This document shows, piece after piece, positions 16,488 to 26,039 of a DNA stretch of 28,615 nt. The translations under genes and the position numbers were made by a program. Positions within the stretch are counted from its first letter, which is position 1; each line of letters opens with the position of its first letter. The notes beneath the pieces are model-generated. The model made no database searches. It saw only the letters and a program-made list of their open reading frames with translations, and was not told the origin of the DNA. Origin of the DNA: an uncultured archaeon (lineage in GTDB: Archaea > Asgardarchaeota > Thorarchaeia > Thorarchaeales > Thorarchaeaceae); NCBI GenBank assembly GCA_964631415.1, contig CAZVZC010000025.1, positions 1-28,615 on the forward strand, written 5' to 3'.

Positions 16488-16943
16488 TTGGTAGAAGTAA
16501 TGGCGCAAGTGGCAGAGTATCTCGACCTTCTGAAGATGAAGTACGCTTGGAAAGAGAAGGAGGGTCATTTCGAGCTTGTGTTCAGCGAGCGAAAGGACGA
16601 CCGTCCTGCATCTGCCGCTCGCCTAGACGAGGAGGGCTACTTCCGTTATATCATAAGGATCAAGCCGACAGAGAAGTGGGTACAGGTGAGTTCTGACATT
16701 TACCCTGTGAAGAGCGTTCCCCCGGAGAAGAAGGCTGATCTGTTGCAGGACCTGCTAGCTTGCAACAGAAAGTATGCGGAGGTGTGTTTCGACTTCAATG
16801 AGGAGAGAGGAATGCTGGGCACATCGCAGGAGATGATGACGCAGGGGCTCAACTTCGATGAGTTCAGAGAGGAGTTCTTTGCAGTACCATGGGCTGTCAA
16901 GAAGTTCTGGGCTGAGGTTGCCAAGAAGCATGCCCTGGATTGA
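16488..16943 (+). CDS. YbjN-like domain protein (type III chaperone-like fold)
   Basis: V.EYL....+KY, beta strands, then LLQDLLACNRKYAEVCFDFNEE and GLNFDEF. GGAGG upstream of TTG 16488; alternative starts 16455 and 16500. Confidence 0.65.
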   Translation: MVEVMAQVAEYLDLLKMKYAWKEKEGHFELVFSERKDDRPASAARLDEEGYFRYIIRIKPTEKWVQVSSDIYPVKSVPPEKKADLLQDLLACNRKYAEVCFDFNEERGMLGTSQEMMTQGLNFDEFREEFFAVPWAVKKFWAEVAKKHALD

Positions 16944-16945
16944 AC

Positions 16946-18154
16946 CTAGAGCCCAAAGAGTAGTTGCCTGAAACTGCCTACGAGCTGTTCGTAGGTTTCA
17001 CGAGGCTGACGCACGCCTGTCAGTCCACCCGTGTAGAGATCTTGGCTTCCTCCTCCCTTTCCATGCATTGCTATGATTAGCTGACCTGCAATCTCCTCAG
17101 CGGTTGTCCGCAGCTCATTTGTGGCAAACACGATGTTACATTTCTCACCAGGTGAGAAGAGCAGCATCGCAGCCGGGCCCTTCATTGACATCTTCTTGAC
17201 TACGTGCTTCATCCTACCGGTGTCGAAGCCCGGCAGGTACTCATGATAGAAGGCAATGCCTTTGACATTTTCGGACACGGGCCGCTCAGACATTATCTGT
17301 TCGACTCTCTCTAGAAGCTCATTTCGCTCAACCAAGAGAGTCTTCGCACGGTCGAGGACCGCTCCAAGCTGGTCGTATTCAAATGGAAAGTCATGCTTTC
17401 TCATCAGGATCATGTTGAACAGCCTCGATGCCAACTCAGTGGCTCTGTCGCCAGCCATGAACTCAAACCGGGCGCTAGACTCTTCGATCTTGTAGTCGAT
17501 GACCTTGAAGAAACCGATATCTCCTGACCTCAACACGTGAGTGCCCGAGCACGCTGAGCTGTCAAACTCGCCTACTTTCACAACCCTGAGCACGTCATGT
17601 TTCGAAGTAACCCCTTCCCTCGCTCTGACAGATGAATCGAGGCTGCCCGAACTGACAACTTCGCTTGTCACTGGAACATCAAGGCTCACAACACGCTGAA
17701 CTTCTGCTTCAGCAGTTGCCATCTGCTCGATTGTGATGGCGCAGTCAGTCACTTCCACTGTGCCATGCCTGCCGTCAATCCAGATGTAGCCCGGTTGAAG
17801 ATTCGGGTTCATTCTCTTGAGGCTGCCCACGAAGATGTGCTCAGCAGTATGATTGCGCATCATAGCCTTTCGCCAATCCATATCGACCTCTAGCGTGGCT
17901 GCCCCTTCCACCTGGACGGGCTGCTCTGTGACCAGGGCGGTTTCTCCATCCCTCAGAACTGTGTCGATGAACCGAACACGCTTGCCCTGCACGAGGAGGG
18001 CCCCCTGGTCCCCGGCTTGACCGCCGCCCTCAGGTCGCACGACATTCTCCTTGATACCGACTTCGAACACTTCGCCAGCCGCTCGACACCCAGTCAAAGT
18101 GACTAGGTGCTCCTTCAGAGTGGGATTGCTCCAGTATGATGGTTGATTTCGCAT
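16946..18154 (-). CDS. alaX: Alanyl-tRNA editing protein, AlaX-L type (editing domain plus C-terminal DHHA1)
   Basis: PEGGGQAGDQG, MRNHTAEH (HxxxH), ACSGTHV (CxxxH), GKGGGS. Confidence 0.9.
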   Translation of the reverse strand: MRNQPSYWSNPTLKEHLVTLTGCRAAGEVFEVGIKENVVRPEGGGQAGDQGALLVQGKRVRFIDTVLRDGETALVTEQPVQVEGAATLEVDMDWRKAMMRNHTAEHIFVGSLKRMNPNLQPGYIWIDGRHGTVEVTDCAITIEQMATAEAEVQRVVSLDVPVTSEVVSSGSLDSSVRAREGVTSKHDVLRVVKVGEFDSSACSGTHVLRSGDIGFFKVIDYKIEESSARFEFMAGDRATELASRLFNMILMRKHDFPFEYDQLGAVLDRAKTLLVERNELLERVEQIMSERPVSENVKGIAFYHEYLPGFDTGRMKHVVKKMSMKGPAAMLLFSPGEKCNIVFATNELRTTAEEIAGQLIIAMHGKGGGSQDLYTGGLTGVRQPRETYEQLVGSFRQLLFGL

Positions 18155-18234
18155 CCTTTCATCTCCGCCGAAACACACAAAACTCAGAGCAAAGCCCTAT
18201 TCGAAACTAACGGATGATACAGGGGCACGTACAG

Positions 18235-19485
18235 ATGGTCCGATTCCTGAAAAGAGATCCACTATCGAAGGCGAAGAAGCATATTGAGAAGGCCCTTTCC
18301 GAGATGGAAGCCGGCTATCCCGACTATGCCAGCGAGGAGTACGAAAAGGCAGCGAGGCTATTCATTGAAGCAGAAGAGGTGGACTTTGCTGTCAAGTACT
18401 TCCGTGAGGCGGCGTATTGTGCACTGGAGAAGGACGACCATTCACGTGCAGCTGGCATGAAGACAGAGGCTGCAGAAGCATTGATCTTCGACGGACGTTT
18501 TGAGGAAGGCGGCGCCGTCTTCTCAGAGGCATCTGACCACTACCATCGTGAGAAAAAGACCAGCGAATCCGTGCGTGCCCTGTCGATGTCAATCCTCTGC
18601 TATCTGGCAGCTCGCAACTTCGACACGGCAACAAACCTGCTCAGAAAGGCTGAGAAGCGGTTCACGGGGGCACTATCTCCAAAGGTTTCCGCCTACGATT
18701 TGGCCGCGATGGGTGTCAGGATCCTGTGTGAAGGGGAATCTGTCGACGCTCGGGAGCTGGCAAAGAGCGTGGAACAGTTCAAGACCAAGTCAGTCGAGTC
18801 GACGCTGATCACCTTTGTTGCGTCATCGCTTCGATTAGCCCTTGAAACTGAGGTTTCCCTAGAATGGGCCGGCCACAAGGAGGACATAATCCGAGTAAAG
18901 ACACCGATAGAGTTTGAGCTTCGCTACAAGTGCCCAGTGCCTGTTCGTGTCATAGACCATCGCATCGCATTGTCCAGCAACTTGACCCTTACGAAGGCTC
19001 CCAAGATCACGGGAGTGAATGCGACAGAAGAGTCATGGCTGATAGAAGTGAACCCCGTCCTGAATGGTACTGCTGTCGTTGGCCCTCTGAAGCTGGCGCT
19101 TGAGGGCGACAAGGTGCTAGTGAACAAACACAGCGATTCCGTCACATTTGAGGTCGCCCCAGCTCCGGCACTTCTTCAGGTTGATCTGTCTCCCCAGAGA
19201 ACCAGTTGCGGACTTGGTGATGAGGTCGTCTTGGACGTGACCCTGATGAACCGTGGCGATGGTCCGGCAAACAACATCGATGTCAACACTGAGTTCTCAC
19301 CGGGTCTCGAACTCGCGATGGGCAGCGGCCAGAAGACTATACAGTTCATCGGAACTGGCGAACACATGAGATTCCAGTTGTACATGCGAGCCGTGAAAGC
19401 CGGAGAGTCCCTCGTAACAGTGAAGACAAGGGAGCAGAATCAGGCTGATGAGATCGTGAAGACGGCGCTTGTGAGAGTAGGCTAG
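18235..19485 (+). CDS. SNAP-like alpha-solenoid protein with two C-terminal Ig-like (CARDB/DUF11-type) domains
   Basis: Repeats of Y/F.EAA type in the N-terminal half; beta-rich C-terminus with LGDEVVLDVTLMNRGDGPANNI. Alternative ATG at 18214. Confidence 0.7.
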   Translation: MVRFLKRDPLSKAKKHIEKALSEMEAGYPDYASEEYEKAARLFIEAEEVDFAVKYFREAAYCALEKDDHSRAAGMKTEAAEALIFDGRFEEGGAVFSEASDHYHREKKTSESVRALSMSILCYLAARNFDTATNLLRKAEKRFTGALSPKVSAYDLAAMGVRILCEGESVDARELAKSVEQFKTKSVESTLITFVASSLRLALETEVSLEWAGHKEDIIRVKTPIEFELRYKCPVPVRVIDHRIALSSNLTLTKAPKITGVNATEESWLIEVNPVLNGTAVVGPLKLALEGDKVLVNKHSDSVTFEVAPAPALLQVDLSPQRTSCGLGDEVVLDVTLMNRGDGPANNIDVNTEFSPGLELAMGSGQKTIQFIGTGEHMRFQLYMRAVKAGESLVTVKTREQNQADEIVKTALVRVG

Positions 19486-20231
19486 TTCGCCTTCTTTCCC
19501 GTCTTCTTCCTCTTCTTCTCGCGCTCTTCAAGGATGCTGAGGCAGGCATCCATCACTTCTTGGATTGTTTCATCTTGTTTGAAGGTCCTCAGCAGATCCT
19601 CTGCTTCCTCAAGTCTGTTCTCAGTGAGCGCTCGACTAAAAGTGAGAAGACTGTTAAGCCAATCCCATGAGGTCTTGTCGACAATACGCCTTGCCTTGTC
19701 AATGCGCTTCTTTGCCTCGATGGTCTTCTCGATTGTGGCAAGACCCATCGCGGCCAGTGAAAGGTCTATGACAGCTCGCTCAGCCTTGCCGTCCTGAAGA
19801 GCTTCATCTGCGGCCTTATCATAGAGTTGACCCATATTATCGGCACATGTAAGGAAGTACTCGCTGTTACCAAGCTTGTGACAAGAATGAGCAGCCCAGA
19901 GGTAGGACTGGGCCGCAGTCTCTGTCATCTTCTCCTCAAGGGCTTCTCTGGCAGCGTTCTCGAACAGAGTAAGAGCTGTGGCGAAGTCACTTAGCTGCTT
20001 GTATTGAGTCGCGGCCTCGAAGTAAGCTAATGCAGCTGCCTTGTGGTCGTCCTTCTCAACGCTATCCTCCGCATGAAGATGGAAGTACTCGGCCGCCTTT
20101 TTGGTCATCTCAACGACTCTCTCAAGATAACAGCTTGCAGCCTGCTTGTACTGCTTCGCAGCCTGAAAGTACTTCTCGGTTTCTGCGAACTCACCAGCAA
20201 GCCGCTCCCACTGACCGCATTCGTCTTCCAT
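19482..20231 (-). CDS. SNAP-like TPR/alpha-solenoid protein
   Basis: Repeated AA..Y..AA units (YFQAAKQYKQAASCY, AAALAYFEAATQY, AAQSYLWAA); basic C-terminal tail. Confidence 0.7.
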   Translation of the reverse strand: MEDECGQWERLAGEFAETEKYFQAAKQYKQAASCYLERVVEMTKKAAEYFHLHAEDSVEKDDHKAAALAYFEAATQYKQLSDFATALTLFENAAREALEEKMTETAAQSYLWAAHSCHKLGNSEYFLTCADNMGQLYDKAADEALQDGKAERAVIDLSLAAMGLATIEKTIEAKKRIDKARRIVDKTSWDWLNSLLTFSRALTENRLEEAEDLLRTFKQDETIQEVMDACLSILEEREKKRKKTGKKAN

Positions 20232-20405
20232 TCGATTCAGACTCCCATAGACAGTTCGTCACCTAACCGGAGGAATGGCCTAATCAGGCTCGTGTTTAGA
20301 CTAGTGACACAAAAATACATTGCGCCTACATACTGGATGTCGATAAAACGAAGGCTGCAGGGCTTGCGCGTCTTTGATACTGCCCCCCAGTGCCACAAAA
20401 CACCT

Positions 20406-21671
20406 CTAATCCCGTTTCAATTCCGCCAGTATCTCTTTTGCCCTCTCGACTCTCACGTTCTTCTCCTTCACAAGGCGGTCTGCAATGGCGTCGATCAGCT
20501 CTCCTTTGGCTCCCGCTGTCGCAGCGACATTTCGAGCGTGCAACGCCATGTGCCCTTCCTGTATGCCTTCTGCGACGAGCGCCCTCAAAGCTGCTAGGTT
20601 CTGAGCCAGACCCACGCTGGCGATTACATGTCCCAATTCGAGGGCGGTCTTCACCCCAAGAATCTTAACACAAGCTCTGGCAGTAGGATGAATCTTGGTC
20701 GCCCCGCCAACAAGCCCCACCGCCATAGGAATCTCGATAGTACCAATGATATGACCGTCCTTTCTCTTCTCATACTTCGTGAGCGAGGTGTAGCCGCCGA
20801 CAGCAGCATAGCTATGAGCCCCGGCCTCGATAGCGCGGAAGTCGTTTCCTGTAGCTATGACGACAGCGTCCACGCCGTTCATGATGCCTTTGTTGTGGGT
20901 CGCGCACCTGTACGGATCAGCTTCAGCAAAGGCCCATGCAGCGATGATGCCATCGACAATCTCGTCGCCACCTAGCAGCTCCTTGTCAAAAGTGGCTGTG
21001 GCCCGCACGATTCTGAGGTCTGCGAGATTGGAGAGGATGCGGAGCAGAACCTTGCCGCCGGTGAGTCTTTCGACGAGAGGTGCCACTGCCTCAGCCATTG
21101 TGTTGACTGCATTCGCTCCCATCGCATCTCTCACGTCTACAATGAGCTCGGTGATGACCATTGGCCCGACACGGCTGTCAATCACTCTGACTCTGAGGTC
21201 TCTTGCCCCTCCTCCGAATCGCACGAGAACCGGGTCCTGCGCGTTGGCGAGGCTGAGAATCTCGTCCTTCGCCTTCAGGACTTGCTGTTTCGCAGCAAAT
21301 GGTGTTGGCACGCCCACGGCCTGAACTTGAGCTACCATGAGAGGCCCTGTGTCAGTGGCTGTGAAACCTCCCAGGTCTCTTGCCATGCGTGCGGCGTTAC
21401 TTGCCGCTGCAACAACAGACGGCTCTTCAATAGCCATTGGTATGAGGTAGTCCTTGCCGTTGACTAGGAAGTTTGTCGCGATTCCAATAGGCAGGGTCAT
21501 GGCGCCGACGACATTCTCTATCATGTGGTCGAGGATCTCCATGTCGACCTGTCCTGGGTTCACGAGGGGTCCGAGTTCATCATCACTGAGACCTGCTAAC
21601 TCTGCCAGCTTCTTCGCACGCTGTTCCCTCGTCAGTTTGTAGAAACCCGAGATCCGCGAGTCCACCACCAT
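20406..21671 (-). CDS. mvaA: Hydroxymethylglutaryl-CoA reductase, class II
   Basis: SRISGFYK, MIENVVG, PMAIEEPSVVAAAS, DAMGANAVNT, THNKGIMNG, EGIQEGHMALH. Start ATG 21671. Confidence 0.96.
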   Translation of the reverse strand: MVVDSRISGFYKLTREQRAKKLAELAGLSDDELGPLVNPGQVDMEILDHMIENVVGAMTLPIGIATNFLVNGKDYLIPMAIEEPSVVAAASNAARMARDLGGFTATDTGPLMVAQVQAVGVPTPFAAKQQVLKAKDEILSLANAQDPVLVRFGGGARDLRVRVIDSRVGPMVITELIVDVRDAMGANAVNTMAEAVAPLVERLTGGKVLLRILSNLADLRIVRATATFDKELLGGDEIVDGIIAAWAFAEADPYRCATHNKGIMNGVDAVVIATGNDFRAIEAGAHSYAAVGGYTSLTKYEKRKDGHIIGTIEIPMAVGLVGGATKIHPTARACVKILGVKTALELGHVIASVGLAQNLAALRALVAEGIQEGHMALHARNVAATAGAKGELIDAIADRLVKEKNVRVERAKEILAELKRD

Positions 21672-21793
21672 TAGCACCTTCCACTCAAACCGCCTTCCGG
21701 CCCTAATAAGAGTGGCGGAGGTTTCGCTCCCTGTGACTGCTGTGACCATAGGTTTAAGTCATGAAATCTAGTGCGTGCGCTCTGGTCTTGGTC

Positions 21794-23323
21794 ATGACTT
21801 CTGAGAGAGACTTTGGCGAGACAGTCATTGGACTCTGCAAGAAACGCGGCTTCTTCTGGGGTCCATCACCCGAGATCTACGGCGGCAGCTCGGGGCTCTA
21901 TGACCTCGGCCCTCTTGGTAAGCTGCTCAAGAACAGGCTGGAGTCTCAGATTCGCTCTTCTTTCGTCAGGGCCAACTTCTGGGAGGTTGAGTGCCCCACC
22001 GTTTCTCCGGAGATAGTCTGGAAGGCATCAGGACACCTCGAAGGTTTTGTCGATCCTGTGACCCGATGCACGAAGTGCGGCCAAGCCTTTCGTGCTGACA
22101 ATCTGATTGAGGAGGAATTTCCTGATGCAGACATCAAGGGCCTTTCTCTCGACAAACTGACCGAGAAGATACGGGAATTGGGTGTACACTGTCCTGTATG
22201 CAAGGGGCAACTGGGTCCAGTCGAGCGGTTCAATCTCATGCTGAAGACTCGTCTTGGTCTCGATCAGGACGCTTACTTGCGTCCGGAAACCGCCACCACG
22301 ACGTATCTGATCTTCAAGAGACTGTTGACATTCTTCAGGGACAAGCTGCCGGCTGCAGTTTTCCAGATTGGTAAAGCGTACAGGAATGAGATCTCCCCGC
22401 GACAGGGGATATTGAGGCTTCGTGAGTTCACCCAAGTCGAGGCACAGCTGTTCATTCTGCACGCGGACGAAACCAACTGGCCAGCATTTGACGACATAGA
22501 GTCCCATGAGCTTCCTCTCCTGCCATTCAAGATGCAGGTGGACGGGTCACATGAGGTCAGCACGTTCAAAGTGTCTGATGCCCTGCGGCAAGGTCACTTC
22601 AAGACGAAGGCGTACGCTTGGTGTGTGGATCTCGCCTATCAGGTGTTCAGGAGCATGGGCTTCCAATCGGAATCGCTTCGACTACGTCAACATCTGCCGA
22701 CGGAACGGGCACACTATGCGGCTGACGCATGGGACGTAGAGGTACACACAAAGAGCTTCGGATGGGTCGAGTGCTGCGGGGTACACGATAGAGGCAACTA
22801 CGACTTGAGCCGGCACCAGCAGTACTCGAAGGAGAACCTCAGCGTCAAGGATGGCAATGAATCAGTCGTGCCCAACGTTCTCGAGATTGCGTTTGGTGCT
22901 GAGCGGCCTCTCTTCTGCCATATAGACAATGCCTATGCAGAGGACTCTGAACGAGTATGGTTGAGATTCCCGCCGCACATCGCGCCAATTCAAGTGGGTG
23001 TGTTTCCACTCATGGGCAAGTCCGAACTGATGGGTCCATCACAGGAGATCTACAACGAAGTCTTGGACAGCGGACTCACAACCTACCTTGATTCAACGGG
23101 CTCGATAGGTAGGCGATACAGGCGTCAAGATGAGATTGGGACTCCGTTCTGCGTGACGGTTGACTACGACTCACTGAGCGACAATACCGTGACTGTACGT
23201 GACAGAGATACAATGGAACAAGTCCGCGTTCCCCGCTCCGAACTTGTTGATATCCTGCGGAAACTGGTCCGAGGAAAGTCGACTATCGCGGCGCTGAAAG
23301 AAGGTCAGCCTGCGACAAGCTGA
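21794..23323 (+). CDS. glyS: Glycine--tRNA ligase, homodimeric archaeal/eukaryal type
   Basis: KKRGF..EIYGG, WKASGH..F.DP, YLRPETA, QIGKAYRNEISPRQG..RLREFTQ.E, AHYA..AWD, SIGRRYRRQDEIGTPFCVTVD. Confidence 0.98.
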   Translation: MTSERDFGETVIGLCKKRGFFWGPSPEIYGGSSGLYDLGPLGKLLKNRLESQIRSSFVRANFWEVECPTVSPEIVWKASGHLEGFVDPVTRCTKCGQAFRADNLIEEEFPDADIKGLSLDKLTEKIRELGVHCPVCKGQLGPVERFNLMLKTRLGLDQDAYLRPETATTTYLIFKRLLTFFRDKLPAAVFQIGKAYRNEISPRQGILRLREFTQVEAQLFILHADETNWPAFDDIESHELPLLPFKMQVDGSHEVSTFKVSDALRQGHFKTKAYAWCVDLAYQVFRSMGFQSESLRLRQHLPTERAHYAADAWDVEVHTKSFGWVECCGVHDRGNYDLSRHQQYSKENLSVKDGNESVVPNVLEIAFGAERPLFCHIDNAYAEDSERVWLRFPPHIAPIQVGVFPLMGKSELMGPSQEIYNEVLDSGLTTYLDSTGSIGRRYRRQDEIGTPFCVTVDYDSLSDNTVTVRDRDTMEQVRVPRSELVDILRKLVRGKSTIAALKEGQPATS

Positions 23324-23399
23324 AATCGCAGGCGTTCTGACATACTACAGGCAGTTCACAGCATGATTATTGCCTGACTGCTTCTGGTTCGGTTTGAGT

Positions 23400-23642
23400 C
23401 TATTTCAGGGGTCCCGTGGGGCGCGCGCCAGGAAACAGACCTGCCAAGTCATCCTTGAGAGCTGCTTTCTGAACTATTACACCCTTGCGCTTCAATGCAT
23501 CCCAGACTGTGTCTGTCATCTCAACGAGGTTCTTGCCCTGGAACTGGAAGGTCTCAACGAGCCTGCCTTGGTCCTTCAGCTCAATAGCGGACTCCCTTTT
23601 CTCGATTGTGAACTTTGTGCCTGTGATTCTCATGTTGACCAC
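23400..23642 (-). CDS. Small hypothetical protein (beta-beta-beta-alpha-alpha pattern)
   Basis: 80-aa ORF with protein-like composition filling the intergenic gap; TTATA box upstream on the minus strand; alternative ATG at 23633. Confidence 0.7.
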   Translation of the reverse strand: MVNMRITGTKFTIEKRESAIELKDQGRLVETFQFQGKNLVEMTDTVWDALKRKGVIVQKAALKDDLAGLFPGARPTGPLK

Positions 23643-23760
23643 CGGAACGAACAGAGTTGCCCATTCATTAGTATGGTTGCGGTATAACTACATTGTGGCT
23701 GGTTGCGCAATGCAGAAAGAGTCATAAGCTGCTCATCTCAACGGCTCCGAGAGGTCGCCC

Positions 23761-24213
23761 ATGAGCAGCAAGGATGCGGGAGGCGTTAGGCTAAAGACCA
23801 TCTTGGTCGCTGTCGACGGTTCTGAGTATTCCTACAAGGCTGTGCACTACGCATGTTTGATTGGACCTGCCGTTCGAGCAGAGATTCTCCTTCTTCACGT
23901 TGTTCCGATGCTACCCTCCGCTACGCCCTATCATGACACGGTTTCGGATCAGCCCTTTCTCGCGCTTCAGCAGGTTGGCGAAGACATCCTTGCGCGTGCT
24001 AAGGCACTCGCCTCCTCGGATGGTTGCCAAGTCATTGACCTGCTATCCCATGGAGACCCTGCTAGCAGAATCATCGAAGTGGCTGAAGAGAAGAAGGTCG
24101 ATTTGATAATCGTAGGGTCCCGGGGCGTGAGTGGGATCAGGCGCCTCTTTGTAGGGACCACGAGCGACAAGGTCGCCAAGAGCGCCCCCTGTCCTGTACT
24201 GATTGTACGATAG
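23761..24213 (+). CDS. uspA: Universal stress protein (UspA family)
   Basis: ILVAVDGSEYS, GDPASRI, DLIIVGSRG...LFVGTTSDKV..APCPVLIVR. Confidence 0.95.
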   Translation: MSSKDAGGVRLKTILVAVDGSEYSYKAVHYACLIGPAVRAEILLLHVVPMLPSATPYHDTVSDQPFLALQQVGEDILARAKALASSDGCQVIDLLSHGDPASRIIEVAEEKKVDLIIVGSRGVSGIRRLFVGTTSDKVAKSAPCPVLIVR

Positions 24214-24243
24214 AGTGCTTCTGAAACTGCAGTCTATGGCATC

Positions 24244-25554
24244 GTGAAGCATGATAAGGCCCCCAAGAGCGAGAAGTCCTTGAACAGTCAAGCAAAATTC
24301 GGACTCACTGTAGATATCGGAACAACTTGGGTGACCTTACACCTGATTGACTTGGTCAGTCAGAAGTGCGTTCTTCAGAACGTTCTCAAGAACCCGCAAC
24401 AATCGGCTGGTCTGGATGTTGTGTCCCGCATCAGATTCGGGGTGGGTGATGGCTCCAGATCTAGGTGGCTGACTTCATCGATTAGAAAGTGCGTCAACGA
24501 GGGGACCAGACGAATCCTGCGAGAACACAATTTGAGCCCGCGGTCGATTGCGAACGTAGTCGTGGTAGGCAACACTGTTATGCATCACTTCTTCTTCGGT
24601 TTCCCTGTCGTTTGCCTGCTGACCCCTCCATACATAGCAGAGCACAAGGAGGCGATCACAGTCCCATGTGCGAGTGTTGGTCTAAAGCTCGGCGAACCGA
24701 CACAATGCTATTCGCCACCTTTGATTGAGTCCTATGTGGGCCCGGATGTTATCGCTGTGATGATGGCTTCAGGCATTGCTCAACAAGAGCAGCCTGCAAT
24801 TGCGATTGACATCGGCACCAACACGGAGATTGCGCTCCGCTCAGGGGGTGCGACATGGGTGGCATCGGCCGCCTCGGGTCCAGCCTTCGAGGGCATGTCA
24901 CTGGACTGCGGAATGGCGGCCATTGAGGGGGCGATCTACGGAGTGTCAATAGACCCAAAGAGTCTGAGACCAACCTTCGAGGTACTCGGTCATGATTCCC
25001 CACGTGGAATATGTGGCACAGGCGTCATTTCAGCGCTGGCAGGGATGCTGGATGCTGGCATTGTCGATTCAAAGGGTTCCATGAACCGGAATCTCGAATC
25101 AGTGTGGTTGTCAAAGACTGGTGACATGATCAGCTACACCGTGTGCCCTGCAACTCAGTCGCAGACTGGAAAGCCGATCTACATATCGCAGCTCGACTTG
25201 CGCCTAGTTCAACAATCGAAGGCTGCAATCTATGCAGCAGTCCTTGTGCTCATGGACTATGCCCACATTAGTGCAGAGGATGTGCGCAGGGTTCACCTGA
25301 CTGGCTCGTTCGGCCACGGTATGAATCTTGAAGATGTCTATCGCGTCGGGGTCCTGCCGCGATTCGGTACTGCTCACGTCGAGCAAGTCTTGGGCGCCGC
25401 CAGCATTGGAGCGGATATGATCGTGGTCGACCCGGTAAGAAAACGTGAGGCCGAGCAGCTAGCGCTCTCAGCACGATATGTGGAGCTGGTCGACAACCCT
25501 CTGTTTCAAACTAGATACGCCGAAGCCCAGTTCTTCCCACCGAGTGGTCAATAG
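24244..25554 (+). CDS. ASKHA-domain ATPase, RACo/DUF4445-type reductive activator of corrinoid proteins, without Fe-S domain
   Basis: VDIGTT, NPQ...G.DVVSRI, GNTVMHH, IDIGTNTEI, SAASGPAFEG, PRGICGTG, ISQ.D+R.VQ..KAAI, G.FG. Confidence 0.9.
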   Translation: MKHDKAPKSEKSLNSQAKFGLTVDIGTTWVTLHLIDLVSQKCVLQNVLKNPQQSAGLDVVSRIRFGVGDGSRSRWLTSSIRKCVNEGTRRILREHNLSPRSIANVVVVGNTVMHHFFFGFPVVCLLTPPYIAEHKEAITVPCASVGLKLGEPTQCYSPPLIESYVGPDVIAVMMASGIAQQEQPAIAIDIGTNTEIALRSGGATWVASAASGPAFEGMSLDCGMAAIEGAIYGVSIDPKSLRPTFEVLGHDSPRGICGTGVISALAGMLDAGIVDSKGSMNRNLESVWLSKTGDMISYTVCPATQSQTGKPIYISQLDLRLVQQSKAAIYAAVLVLMDYAHISAEDVRRVHLTGSFGHGMNLEDVYRVGVLPRFGTAHVEQVLGAASIGADMIVVDPVRKREAEQLALSARYVELVDNPLFQTRYAEAQFFPPSGQ

Positions 25555-26039
25555 ACTAGTTTCCTGTGGTCCAAGGTTTCGCCACGTCTTACTCTTGAGG
25601 ATGACAATGGAATCCCGTCTTCTGTCCTGACTCGGGGCACGACGATTATGTCGAAACGGCGGAGGCCATTCCTTGCTCGCATTTCATTTATCTGAAACGC
25701 GTTGGCAACGACGCCAATCTCATCTGAAACTATCAGTGCCTCGAGGTCATCCATCGTTTCGGCACCGCCCTCCCGGGTCTTGATGATGAATATAGAGCAC
25801 CTCGCTGTCTGACCCTCAGACTTTATGAAATCCGTCAGCGCCTGCTTGCGTTCTTCAAAGCTCTGTATCTTGTCTGCTTCCGTCTTGTCACCCAGCATCT
25901 CGTTCGTTGTGAGACCAATGCCAACCCACGAACCTAGCTGGAAGGCCCTTCGTAGCAAGTGTTTGTGTCCATCGTGGAGATGGTCAAATGTGCCTGCGAA
26001 CACGACCTTCTTGTAGGGACAGACCTGCTTCTTCGACTC
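25548..26039 (-). CDS. coaD: Phosphopantetheine adenylyltransferase (archaeal cytidylyltransferase type); start codon anomalous
   Basis: KKVVFAGTFDHLHDGHKHLL, IGLT, ALIVS.E, IN..R..NGL, LSSSRVR. The frame is open from 26039 but the first canonical start is GTG 26003. Confidence 0.88.
   Translation of the reverse strand, partial: ESKKQVCPYKKVVFAGTFDHLHDGHKHLLRRAFQLGSWVGIGLTTNEMLGDKTEADKIQSFEERKQALTDFIKSEGQTARCSIFIIKTREGGAETMDDLEALIVSDEIGVVANAFQINEMRARNGLRRFDIIVVPRVRTEDGIPLSSSRVRRGETLDHRKLVY

Noticed and set aside
20406-21671. Class II HMG-CoA reductase as evidence of recent transfer from bacteria
   Set aside because: Class II enzymes are already known in several archaeal lineages and the gene shows no obvious compositional anomaly
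21672-21793. Extended starts of HMG-CoA reductase and GlyRS
   Set aside because: Family N-termini begin at 21671 and 21794; the gap is needed for divergent promoters
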